Source: Allosphingosinicella sp.
Lineage (GTDB): Bacteria; Pseudomonadota; Alphaproteobacteria; Sphingomonadales; Sphingomonadaceae
Reading direction: 5' to 3'
Length of the DNA stretch: 64,000 nt
Assembly: GCA_035714565.1 (NCBI GenBank)
Contig: DASTLX010000040.1
Location: 14,306-78,305, forward strand
The translations under genes and the position numbers were made by a program. The notes beneath the pieces were generated by a model. The model was not told the origin of the DNA. It saw only the letters and a program-made list of their open reading frames with translations, and made no database searches. Shown in pieces: positions 40,801 to 50,200 of this stretch. Each line of letters opens with the position of its first letter. Within the stretch, counting starts at the first letter, position 1.

Positions 40801-41738
40801 GCCAGACCCGAGCGATACCAGTTGAGAGGATCGGCGTAGGTCCGTTCGGCAACCTCGCTGAGCGGAGCCTTGGCGAGAAGCTCGTTCCATCCATGGAGAA
40901 GCGCTTCGCTCACAAGGACCAGGTAATGGCCCTCATTGAATTTATCGCGCCCGGCCAGCCATCCCGGCGGATAATAGTCCGCGAGCCGGTAGAGGACGGT
41001 CAGCGCCTCGAGCGCGAGCTCGTGGATCTTGACGACGTGCCTGACGTCCTTCTCCGCGAGCCGCTCCATCGCGAAGGCGCGCTCCGCGGCCGCGGCCTCC
41101 TCCGGCTTCGGCATGGTCATGCAGCCGATCTCCCGGTCCGCGGCGGCCGCCGGCCGCGAACGGGTCAGATATTCGAGACGGCTGAGATAGAGGTGGTCGC
41201 GAACGGTGAGTCCGGTTGCCGCGTAGAAGATCGCGCTGTCGACCTGGTTGTCGCGGACCCACTGGGCATATTCCTCGAAGCAGTGCTCGCTCGCCGTGAC
41301 ATAGCCTTCGCAATTGCAGAACAGCAGGTCGAGGAACGGACCGAGCGGCTTCCAGATGAGCCGCATATAGGGTTCCCACGCCCCGTCGAAGGTGGCGGTA
41401 AGGTAGAGGAAACGACGGCTTTCGACTTTCACGCCTTCGCCTTGGCCGGCCCCGGCGCCGCCGCGGCGGCGCGCGACGTCGAGCGCGAACACATCCTTGT
41501 CCAGCACCCCGATCCGGAAGTCGAGCAAGGTGAGGATACGCTCGGTCACGTCGGAAAAGGGCGTGATCGTCTCATGCTCCCGCACCGATACTCGGACCCG
41601 GTTGAGCGCCTCCGCCACGATCCGGAGGCGGGTCGCATAGGTTACGTTCTCATAGGCATGGATGAAGCCCTGCCTGATCGGCGCAACCACGACGAGGTCC
41701 GTGATGCCGTCGATATTCTTGCTGCTGAACGATTTCAT
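37770..41738 (-). CDS. Large DyP-type peroxidase with C-terminal cytochrome P450-like domain
   Basis: GFHDG, SHIRRTNPR, ILRRG DyP motifs; C-terminal FGG...HACPA; probable start MKSFSS. Confidence 0.75.
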   Translation of the reverse strand: MKSFSSKNIDGITDLVVVAPIRQGFIHAYENVTYATRLRIVAEALNRVRVSVREHETITPFSDVTERILTLLDFRIGVLDKDVFALDVARRRGGAGAGQGEGVKVESRRFLYLTATFDGAWEPYMRLIWKPLGPFLDLLFCNCEGYVTASEHCFEEYAQWVRDNQVDSAIFYAATGLTVRDHLYLSRLEYLTRSRPAAAADREIGCMTMPKPEEAAAAERAFAMERLAEKDVRHVVKIHELALEALTVLYRLADYYPPGWLAGRDKFNEGHYLVLVSEALLHGWNELLAKAPLSEVAERTYADPLNWYRSGLAELRRIESEQPPPRPDPAYDPAEVQGGILKAQGSKDEPMRRGALLLMTITDAEEARRFLSRLETDGEINFLAEPGSAPGDGFFRTVALTAHGLRRLGLPKPVFDLFPSEFREGMEARSGLVGDMRGNHPRNWTLPPRNWPQPDGDPRAMPRPPIDPSEIDIVLQVRTASTEREVLMKEIGRLAEAAADGATLQGFEPMCATYDDDGLLVDYFGFHDGVSQPKPIDPTATQPDDARAYYKDEVRLGEILLGYGNDREDSAPDAFSHDDGREKDRAKARDIQFNGTFLVIRKLEQKVDAFERTIASETQRINAHHPGLPTPMTEDRLKARLLGRNVDGRPLVRPRGGGRNDFDYRNDKEGLSCPHASHIRRTNPREPFQGRNAPRILRRGMSFDHSGEAGGEGARGLMFMAYNSSIAEQFETIQRWINGGNSTFVASGHSDPIAGVAPKTGALDQATRVFRFVEGGEVVRVTMNEPFVKLHWGAYLFVPSRSGLRKLCELKGRYEPFREFLETHGATAISRLVSINNPQTKQSEWKRLLEDFDAKDPSQNDITSDVWSAIRWYYGGAFKIPPGTPLTSDWNVAPDPDLQPIVLAASYRHVMAVLTDWKTYSTEEQLRRIAPTGIPIYVAQQPDDQYKNGDLQNRFNYWKESEATNEILMAYDEGRGFEDGYKAGLQVIEKAKERAATSRLDYFKLELRRQYLLPALGLLCKIWYGLPDGENFHLGAWTWQPPEERDPKGPRCPGDFLAPSRYTFYPRPTEWVKTFGEQHGRAVYDGSLAFVRKHRPSSRRKELGTIAQAMFDKTDDDDVLARNLVGTMIGAIPPMDGNLRGILLEWLDERTLWRQQAALRRALGDRSALADPTSAREVLRGPVSQAMCKRPAPDLIYRTATCPARLKARNGNSDRTDDSEHYVEVNERDLVVVSLVSAAQRSLEHYPDGDVSVIFGGNRPERDSPEAGEPFPVHACPAQKMAMGAIMGILAALLDSGRIQALPASLIVRVSDWARAAPRPAP

Positions 41739-42110
41739 GACGCCCCCCATGTCCGGGTCCGACCCGGTCGATGACTCCGCTTCCTTCGCCTGTCGGTGGC
41801 TTTTGCCACATGTGCGCGGGCAAGGCTGGATAATCTCGCGGAACGTCGTGCCGCCAGCGCCCGCGCGGTCCGGCGTCGCCTTGGAGTCGCGATCGGCCCG
41901 AAGTCCTGGACGATTGCGATGTTCCGCAATAGCGGCTATGCTCACCGTCGTTCCCGCGCTTGTATTTTTCGACCGATCCGAGACTTCCGTCAGTAGAGTG
42001 TGGGCTCCTGACCTGTACGCGACACAATAGTCGCCGTTAGCTTGGCCGTCGTTTCTTTGCGTAAGGCGCTGGGCCGCCTGGACTGATTCTCCAGTTCGTG
42101 GAAACACTTA

Positions 42111-45100
42111 ATGGCTTTGCAGGGTGAGAATCTCGCGATGGTCGGGCTCGGCGTGCTGGGCGACCAGCCGCCGCATCCGATCCAGCCGGTCCTCCCGGAC
42201 GGAATTCACCTGCGCTGGGCCTTCGATCCCGAGCTCGGCTTTCCCTGGCACGGCTACCACCTCTTCCGCCGGCCCCACCGCCCGGGCAAGCCGACGTGCA
42301 TCGCCGCGCAATGGCAGGGCTGGGTCAGGAAGCCGCCCGCGGGTTCGACCCAAACGATGGCGCAGGGGGAGATGAGCAGCGACTCGAAGCTCGCGCTCGC
42401 CCCGACCTCCGATCCTGCGGATCCCGCCGGAATCGACCTTCGCGGCCGCACCTATTTGCGGTTCGACCTGGCCGCGGACCGTCCGGCGCGCAGCTTCGAG
42501 CTCAGGATCGTCTTTCTTCCCGACAGGCGGGAGGAGGGCGGCCGGGGGTCGAACGCGGAGCCGGCCCCGGACCGGAGGGACCGGCACGGGCGTCTGCGCA
42601 CCCTGCTCGGCTCCGTGATCGAGCAGGCCGAAGCGGCGATCCGCGCGCCGCCGCCGGCGAGCCTGAAGGCGGTCGCGTTCGACCGCGGCACCCCGGTGGC
42701 GTCAGCGATCCTCTCCCCCGGCCCCGGTGCGCTCGTCACCGCGACCCTCGCGGCGGACCGGATGGACCGGGTCGAAATAAGCGGCGGGCCGGCGATGCTC
42801 ATGAACCTGTGCTTCGTCCCGGTCGACCAGGAAGCGGGCGAGGGCTGGGGGCCGATCCCCGGCTTCCCCTATCCGCTCTGCCTGCCGACGGCGGCGCCCG
42901 GCTATGCCTGCAAGGGCCGCCCGGTCACTGCGGCCCAGGCCGAAAGCATGGCGCTGGGCCGGATCCGCTACGGATCGCCGGCGGCGTGGAGCGCCCAGGT
43001 CGGCCAGTTGCGCGGAGTCCTCGATTCGCTCGCGGCCAATCCGCCGGCCGTCGGCGGGCAGGAGATGGCGGAGCGTTCGGGGAGCTATCCCGACGCCCTC
43101 AACGACCCCGACAAGCCGGTCATGCCGGACCAGCGCCCGCTCGACCTGGTTCTGATCGGCGCGATCAACCCGGCCGTGGCGCAGATGGTCGGCCTCTACT
43201 GGATCGACGATCCCGATCGCGGCGCCGGCAGCGCGGCCTCGACCGAATGGGCCGCCGTCGGCACTCGGGACTCGGCGTTCGTCCAGGGCCGGCCGCTCCA
43301 GGCCGCCGACATCCTCACGCGCGTGGAGCCGGCGCCGGCGCCGGCCGCCAGGCCGAGAGCGGCGGCGATCCTCGATCGGGCCGCGGCCGCCGTCGCGGCT
43401 CAGGAAAAGGCCGCCATCGCCGCCGCGCAGGAGAAAGCGGTCCTCGCCGCCCAGGAGAAGGCGGCGCTCGCGGCGCAGCAAACGGCCCCTCCGTCCGCGG
43501 CCTACGACTATTTGCTCATCGCGGATCATTCGGGCCGCTATCACGGCGAGCCGGCGGAGGCGCTGGCGGCGCTCGCGCAGCCGCTGCCGAGCGATGTCGA
43601 CGCCTGGATCTGCTTCAACCTGCGCAAGCAGAAGGCGGCGCCCCTGCCGATGCCCGAGGACGTCGCCGTCTTCGCTCTCCCCGGCGGCTCGACCGACCCG
43701 GCCACGATCGCCCAGGACCTGGTCGGCGCGGCCGGGCTGCGCTGGCGGATCGAGATGACTCCGGAAGGAGACCTGCTGCCGGGCGCGGCGATCGGCTACC
43801 ATGTCTGGCGGGCCCAGCTCGGCAGCGCCACCCCGACCGCGCCGCCGCCGCTCTCGGCCTACGCCCACGTCACCGCGAGCGGGATGGTCATGGTCGCCGA
43901 GCCCTCCCCGGCGCCCGGCGGGCAGGGGCGGCCGAGCGACTGGCCGCCCTGGCCGATGCACAGGATCGACGGACGGCTGGCCGAGGGCTGGTATTCCTAC
44001 AGGGTCAGCGGCATGGACCTGTTCGGCCGGATCGGGCTCATGAGCCCCCCCGCCCAGTGGCGGCAATGGGCGCCCGAGCCGGCGCCGCGTCCCTGGTATT
44101 ATTCCGGACCAGCCGCCGATGCTCAGGTCCATCCCTTTGCGGTCAGGCTGCTGGTGAAGACCCCGCCGCCGGTCGTTCCCGGTGTGGAGGCCTGGGCGCT
44201 CGACCCGCTCGACCCCGATCTGGCCGGCGAAGCGCGATACGATTCCTGGAAGGCGCTAGGCTGGTGGAACGCGCTGTCCGCCGCCGACAAGCGCAAGCGG
44301 GCCGGCCTCCGGGTGCGCTGGCGCTGGGACCCCGAGCAGATGGCGCAGGCGCCTCGAACCCGCGAGTTCCGGCTCTATCTCAGTCCCGGCGGCGAGCCGG
44401 TCCCCGGCCATGACGATCCGCTCGCCTGGCCGCAGCGCATCTACGCGGTCGATTCGGCCACCCACTTCACGCCGACGCCCGGAGGCGGCCGCCAATATGA
44501 GGTGCTGCTGCCCGAGGATTCGGCCGGCCAGGCCTTTCCCGGAGTCGCGCTCGAGCCCACCGACCTTCTGCCGGTCGTCTATGCCCATGTCGCGGTCACC
44601 GCCGCGGACGACCGTTCACACAGCGCCGATCAGCCCAAATGGGCGGCCGGAAGCTGGGGCGGGCGTCCCCCCGGCAACGAGGGCCGGATCGGCAACGCCG
44701 CCAAGATCTTCCGGGTGCTTCGAAGCGCGCCGCCGGCGCCGCCGCTGATCGGCGCCGACGACAAGGTCTGGGCGAGCCGGGCGGACTATCACGGAATCTC
44801 GCGCTACACCTTCCGCTGGGCGAAGCCGTCGGCGGGCCGCAAGGTCCACATCTTCCGCACCGTCGACGACAATCTGTTTCGCACCGACTGGGAGCGGCGA
44901 AGGGCGGCGGGCGCGCTCGCCTTCGCCGCCGCCGATCTCGCCCCGTTCGGATGGAATGCGGCCGACCAGGCGGCGGTCCTGGCCGAGCTCGGTGCGCCTC
45001 TCGACGCGGTGAAAGGGCTCAGCTGGGACGACAAGCCCGCCGTGCGCGCCGCCTACGAAAAGCTGTCCGAGCGCGCGCTGAGGGCGCTTGCGAGCTTCCC

Positions 45101-46022
45101 CGGCAACGACGACGCCTTCGTCCAGACCACCTTCGAGCCCCTCGACCCGGCGCTCGCCGCCAATGCCGACCGCGCCGGCCCGGACGCCAGGACGCCCTAC
45201 GCCCCCAACCCGGCCTGGGGGGCCTGCGTGGCCGAAATCGACGGCAAGGCGTCCAACCGCTATTTCTTCCGCGCCGCCTATGTGAACGCCGCCCACATCC
45301 TCGGCCCGATGGGACCGTCCAGCCCGGCGGTGTACCTTCCCAAGGTGGCGCCGCCGCGGGTCCCGGCGATCACAAAAGTGACCAGCGGCGAGCTCTCCAT
45401 CACCCTCCAATGGGCCCACAACCGCGAGCCCGACTTCGCGGAATACCGGGTGTACCGCGCCGACGACGAGAGGCAGGCCCGGGACGTGAGGCTGATGGCG
45501 CTTGTGGCGACGATCGCGGTGGCGGACGTGGACACGACGAAGCCGGGCGTCGTGTGGACGGATGCGAACGGACTGATCGGGGGACGGACCTATCTTTATT
45601 CCCTTACGGCGGTGGACGGCGAGGGTAACGAATCGCTTCCGAGCGCACGGGTGCCCGGACGGCCGCTCGACAGGGTCCCGGCGTCGGCTCCGCATTGGAT
45701 AAGGGCGGAATGGATTCTCTACGATCCTGCGACGAAGGCTGTGGCGCCTTGGCAGGTCGGCGGACCGATTCCCGATCCCTACATCGCCGCCGTACGCCTC
45801 GAGCTGGGCTCGACTGCCGACCATTGCACGATCTACCGGCAACTGGAGGGCGAAGGTCAATGGGAGGAGTTGTCGGCGGTCGTCCCCGCCGCCGGCCAGG
45901 TGCTGCTGCTGGTCACCGACGCCGACCCCGCCGATCGCATCCGTTACCGCGCCGTCGGTAGCAGCAGCGGGGGTATCAGATCCCCGTGGTCCAACACGAT
46001 CGCCGTCGAGCCCGCCCTCTGA
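42111..46022 (+). CDS. Giant Pro/Trp-rich protein with fibronectin type III-like modules
   Basis: 1303-aa open frame; ITLQW...YRVYR...YLYSLTAVDGEGNES Fn3 pattern; no evident signal peptide. Confidence 0.75.
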   Translation: MALQGENLAMVGLGVLGDQPPHPIQPVLPDGIHLRWAFDPELGFPWHGYHLFRRPHRPGKPTCIAAQWQGWVRKPPAGSTQTMAQGEMSSDSKLALAPTSDPADPAGIDLRGRTYLRFDLAADRPARSFELRIVFLPDRREEGGRGSNAEPAPDRRDRHGRLRTLLGSVIEQAEAAIRAPPPASLKAVAFDRGTPVASAILSPGPGALVTATLAADRMDRVEISGGPAMLMNLCFVPVDQEAGEGWGPIPGFPYPLCLPTAAPGYACKGRPVTAAQAESMALGRIRYGSPAAWSAQVGQLRGVLDSLAANPPAVGGQEMAERSGSYPDALNDPDKPVMPDQRPLDLVLIGAINPAVAQMVGLYWIDDPDRGAGSAASTEWAAVGTRDSAFVQGRPLQAADILTRVEPAPAPAARPRAAAILDRAAAAVAAQEKAAIAAAQEKAVLAAQEKAALAAQQTAPPSAAYDYLLIADHSGRYHGEPAEALAALAQPLPSDVDAWICFNLRKQKAAPLPMPEDVAVFALPGGSTDPATIAQDLVGAAGLRWRIEMTPEGDLLPGAAIGYHVWRAQLGSATPTAPPPLSAYAHVTASGMVMVAEPSPAPGGQGRPSDWPPWPMHRIDGRLAEGWYSYRVSGMDLFGRIGLMSPPAQWRQWAPEPAPRPWYYSGPAADAQVHPFAVRLLVKTPPPVVPGVEAWALDPLDPDLAGEARYDSWKALGWWNALSAADKRKRAGLRVRWRWDPEQMAQAPRTREFRLYLSPGGEPVPGHDDPLAWPQRIYAVDSATHFTPTPGGGRQYEVLLPEDSAGQAFPGVALEPTDLLPVVYAHVAVTAADDRSHSADQPKWAAGSWGGRPPGNEGRIGNAAKIFRVLRSAPPAPPLIGADDKVWASRADYHGISRYTFRWAKPSAGRKVHIFRTVDDNLFRTDWERRRAAGALAFAAADLAPFGWNAADQAAVLAELGAPLDAVKGLSWDDKPAVRAAYEKLSERALRALASFPGNDDAFVQTTFEPLDPALAANADRAGPDARTPYAPNPAWGACVAEIDGKASNRYFFRAAYVNAAHILGPMGPSSPAVYLPKVAPPRVPAITKVTSGELSITLQWAHNREPDFAEYRVYRADDERQARDVRLMALVATIAVADVDTTKPGVVWTDANGLIGGRTYLYSLTAVDGEGNESLPSARVPGRPLDRVPASAPHWIRAEWILYDPATKAVAPWQVGGPIPDPYIAAVRLELGSTADHCTIYRQLEGEGQWEELSAVVPAAGQVLLLVTDADPADRIRYRAVGSSSGGIRSPWSNTIAVEPAL
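43395..43481 (+). repeat. Coding tandem repeat (AAQEKA x3)
   Basis: AAQEKAAIA-AAQEKAVL-AAQEKAAL-AAQQ with divergent codons. Confidence 0.8.
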
Positions 46023-46044
46023 ACGTCAGGAAGTGCGAAACAAA

Positions 46045-47265
46045 ATGGCCACGAATACGATCGCTCCTCCCTATCACACCGCCTTCGGGGACGACGTCAC
46101 CGTATATCTGAATATCATCCAGGATACCGGAGGCGCGAATCCCACGGACGCGATCTTGAGCCGGATCGCGAGTCAATGGGGCGGCATGGGTATCAAGCTC
46201 ACTGTGGCACTGAGCCCCGCGACCATGATCAACAATGCGCCAACCGCCTCCAGTTTCGCCGGTATCACCGTCACTTCCGTCGCCGCGCCCATATCCGGAT
46301 GTTCTTTTTTCAATCTGACGGTCGGGTACGGCGCCAACGCAATTCAGAACAGCCGCAGCGGGCGGATTTCGTATGTCAATTACGGGCAGCCTGCGGGCCA
46401 GCCGACTCGCCCGCCGGACCCAGGTCCGGCTGGAACAGGCTATATATATAATACCGGGACTAATACATCAATTATCGTCAATGCCATTTCCCATGAGCTG
46501 GCCCATATCCTAGGACTGACAGACCGATACTACGAAGGGGTTTATTGGCTCAATAATCGATCTATCAACCGCACTTGCCAACAGATACGGCAGGGCCTTT
46601 ATCCAACGGTGTCCGGACAGCCCGATCTTAGAGAAGGAAATTTTGATAAATTTACAATTCTACCTAGAATGGCCGTACGGTGCACTTTGCCCATGTCCGA
46701 TATAATGTTCGAGATTCCAGACAAAAACAATCCGAACAATAAAATATGCCTAGATCCACAATACAGCCCATATGACAACCTCATGAGCACAAGCTCACCA
46801 GTTTTAACTAAATACCAGATTGATTTGATCAAGAACTGCACCGCCGAAGAGCATTATAGAAAGAACAATTGGGTAGCTGATCTCGGTGTCTGGGAGCAAG
46901 TGAGCACCGCGGTCGTGCTGCCGAAGGGAGCGCTCAGCGGCAACGGCGGGCACCGTCCGGAAAAATATAACGATCTAACCTATTGGCCCTTTCCCGCCTG
47001 GGAGGCCCGACCGGAGGACAAAGGGCGAGGCTTGCTGTGCCGACCGCCCGAGCATCCCATGAGTCGCTATCCCTGTCGTTCTCCTGCTGGGAGAGCGCGA
47101 GACGAAAACAATGATATAGTCGACGCAACTAGGCTGGCCACGTCCTGGGGAAGTAAAAACATATTTGTGTTCGTCGTGAATAAACTAAACAAAACCGTAA
47201 ACCATATAACTTCCTATTCCATGTGCCATCTTAGACAGACAACTCTAGATTTAATGGGCTTCTAA
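46045..47265 (+). CDS. AT-rich metzincin-like zinc metallopeptidase
   Basis: HELAHILGLTD (HExxHxxGxxD) at 46492-46524 and a later NLMS Met-turn candidate; alternative GTG start 46033. Confidence 0.7.
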   Translation: MATNTIAPPYHTAFGDDVTVYLNIIQDTGGANPTDAILSRIASQWGGMGIKLTVALSPATMINNAPTASSFAGITVTSVAAPISGCSFFNLTVGYGANAIQNSRSGRISYVNYGQPAGQPTRPPDPGPAGTGYIYNTGTNTSIIVNAISHELAHILGLTDRYYEGVYWLNNRSINRTCQQIRQGLYPTVSGQPDLREGNFDKFTILPRMAVRCTLPMSDIMFEIPDKNNPNNKICLDPQYSPYDNLMSTSSPVLTKYQIDLIKNCTAEEHYRKNNWVADLGVWEQVSTAVVLPKGALSGNGGHRPEKYNDLTYWPFPAWEARPEDKGRGLLCRPPEHPMSRYPCRSPAGRARDENNDIVDATRLATSWGSKNIFVFVVNKLNKTVNHITSYSMCHLRQTTLDLMGF

Positions 47266-47291
47266 ACCATAGTTTATCTTGGATTCTGCGA

Positions 47292-50200
47292 ATGACCGTT
47301 CATTCCCTTTCCGGCGTGATCAGCGAGGTGGCCAGCACCTTCCCCTTGGATGCCGGCGACGGCGCGGCGCTTGCGGAGAGCCTCAACGACCTCATCGGAG
47401 GTCAGAGCGGTTCGGGTTTTTTCGACGTCTGTGTCGAGGCCTATCCCGGGACACTGCTCATCGAATGCTTTTTCATCAGCGCTCCGATCCCGGTCACTTT
47501 GCCAGGGATCGGAGATTTCAGCATATCGATCGGCCAAGTCGACGAACTGGAGCTGGAAACGGCAATAATCCTTGATGCCCTCGGAGCTCGGATCTCAATC
47601 TTCGACGCTCCCATCTATCTCCGCTTTCCTCCCGGCGGGTTGCTGACGCCAGTAATGAAGACCGGCGACACGTGGGAGCCCGACTGCAATCCGGACGGCT
47701 CTGCCAAGGGTCTTCTGCTTGCCTTCAGCGGAATCGAGTTGGAGCTGACCTCCGACGGAAAGCTGACGGCCACGACCGATCTGAAGATCGACCTTCCGCC
47801 GGTCCAGATCGGCAATTCGGGCGTCGTCGTCGAGATGAAAGGGCTCGGTCTGGCGCTGTCCGACGGCGTGGCGCTTCCGCAAGGCGTGCCGGCGGGGAGC
47901 CGGGGATGCACGGTCGACAGCCTGGTGGTGCATTTGCCGAAGAGCATTCAGGGCAATTTCGTGCCGGGAGAGATTGCCGCGAGCGATCTTTTCGTCGGCA
48001 CCGGGGGCTTCACCGGTAAATTGTCGGCCGCCTGGACGGCGGGCAAGCCGATCCGCTTCGCAGGCGTGGACTGCACCCTGAGCTCGCTGAATTTCGAGTT
48101 CAGGCAGAACAGCCTCGTCGCCGCGAAGCTGGAATGCAAAATGGTCCTGCCCTTCTTCGACGGGCCGGTCGACGTGGAGATAGGACTTTCGGACGACGGC
48201 GATTTCACCGTCGGCATCGCCAGTCAGGACGGCCTCGCCACCCTGAGCATCCAGGGTGTCCTCGATCTCGAGCTGGACGCGCTCAAGCTCACCGTCGACG
48301 ACGGCCTCTTCACCGTCGGCCTGAGCGGAATGATCATTCCGCGGATCCAGGCGCTCAAGGTTCCGCCGATCCGGGTCGACAACCTCACCATCGATTCGGA
48401 GGGAAACGTCGACCTGCCCGGCGGCTGGCTCGAGCTGCCCAGCCAATACGCGCTCGATTTCAACGGCTTCAAGATCTCCATCACCAGGTTCGGCCTCGGC
48501 CGGTCGCCGAACGGCGAGAAGTGGATCGGCTTTTCCGGCGGGATCAAGCTGGTCGACGGCCTCCCGGCCGGGGTCTCGGTCGACGGGCTCAGGATCAGCT
48601 GCGACGAGGCTTGGAAGCATCCCAAGGTCACGCTGCAGGGCGTCGGAGTCGAGCTCGAGATCAAGGACGTGCTCTACTTCAAGGGCGCCGTCGCCTATCG
48701 CGAGCCGAACCCCGGCGAGAGCCGCTTCGACGGCTCGATCAAGCTTGAGCTGAAGTCGCTGAAGTTCAAGCTCGACGGCGAGTTCGTCGTCGGCAACACC
48801 GTCACCTACCGCTACATGGCGCTCTATATCGGAGTCGACCTCCCGACCGGGCTGCCGGTGCTCAGCACCGGACTCGCCGTGTTCGGGATGGAGGGTCTGT
48901 TCGCCCTGCGCATGGCTCCGAACAAGAAGCCGGCCGAGCCCTGGTATGCGATCACCCCCGGCGCCTGCTGGTACAAGGACCATGGCGGCGTCGGAGTCCT
49001 TCCGTTCGCCAACAAATGGGATCCGGTTCCGGTCGGCAAGGCGTTCGGCGCCGGCCTGACCTTCGGCACCCTTTCCGACAACGGCTACACGATCAGCGCC
49101 CGCGCCCTGTTCGTTGGGATCTTCCCGGGCCCGGTCTTCATGATCCAGGGCGCCGCCAACCTGCTCAAGGACCGATCCAAGCTCGGCGACGATCCGCTGT
49201 TCCGCTCGCTCGCCGTCTACGACGGCAAGGCCGGAACCCTGCTCGTGGGGCTCGACGTAAGCTACAAATATGACGCGACGGGGAAGCTGATCAAGCTCTC
49301 CTCTGGAACCGAAGCCTATTACGAGTTCGCCAACCCCAAAGCGTGGCGCATCAACCTCGGCCTGAAGACTCCGAGCGAGCAGCGCATTCAGGCCAAGCTG
49401 TTCAGCATGTTCGACGCCAACGCCTATCTGATGCTCAACGCCCGCCAGGTCGCGATGGGCTGCTGGGTCGGCTACGACAAGAAGTGGCAGTTCGGACCGC
49501 TCAAGGTCGCGCTGTCGGCGTGGATGGAAAGCAACGTCGTCGTCAGCTTCAAGCCGATGCAATTCTACGGCGACATGGCGCTCCACGGCGGGGTCGAGCT
49601 CAGCGCCTTCGGGTTCGGCTTCAGCCTCACGGTCGACGCCCGGGTCGAGGCCGAGATCTTCCACCCCAAGCACCTGCTCGCCGAGCTCGACGTGACGCTC
49701 AACCTGCCGGCGCCGCTGCCGAAGAAGAAGCGCCGGCTGACCGCCCATTGCCGGATCGAATACGGGCCCACGCCGGACGCGCCGCCCATTCCCGTCGCGC
49801 TGAAGGGCGTGTCGATCGAGCATTTGAAGGTCAGCACCACCTGGCCGCTTCCGGCCGGGGCGAACGCCCTTCTCAAGCCGGACTATGACGACGGTCAGGG
49901 TTTCCTGGCCACGCCGTCGGGGGACATGAACGTCCTTCCGGCGAACATACCGGTGGTGCCGCTGGACTGCCGGCCGTCGATTCACTTCACGCGCGACGTC
50001 CATGACGAGGCGAACATCGGCGCGGTGGTTCAGCTCCCCAACCCGGAATGGGAGTGGATCGGCGATCCGGACAAAAAGCAGGGCTCGGCCCGGGTCCGCT
50101 ACGCCCTCACCTCGGTCATGCTCGACAAATGGACTCCGGCGGGCTGGAAGCCGGTGGCCGGCAAGGGCGAGGGCGCATCGGGCCTTCCGCCTCTGTTCGG

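Noticed and set aside
41739..42107. Long N-terminal extensions given by the ORF track (DyP fusion; likewise rplQ, thiolase, era, ftsH, cyclase)
   Set aside because: Recognisable protein sequence and SD sites or stop/start overlaps point to downstream starts; the extensions cover promoter regions or neighbouring genes.
46441..46450. (TA)5 tract in the metzincin gene as a phase-variation switch
   Set aside because: Too short to support slippage; compatible with chance in an AT-rich gene.
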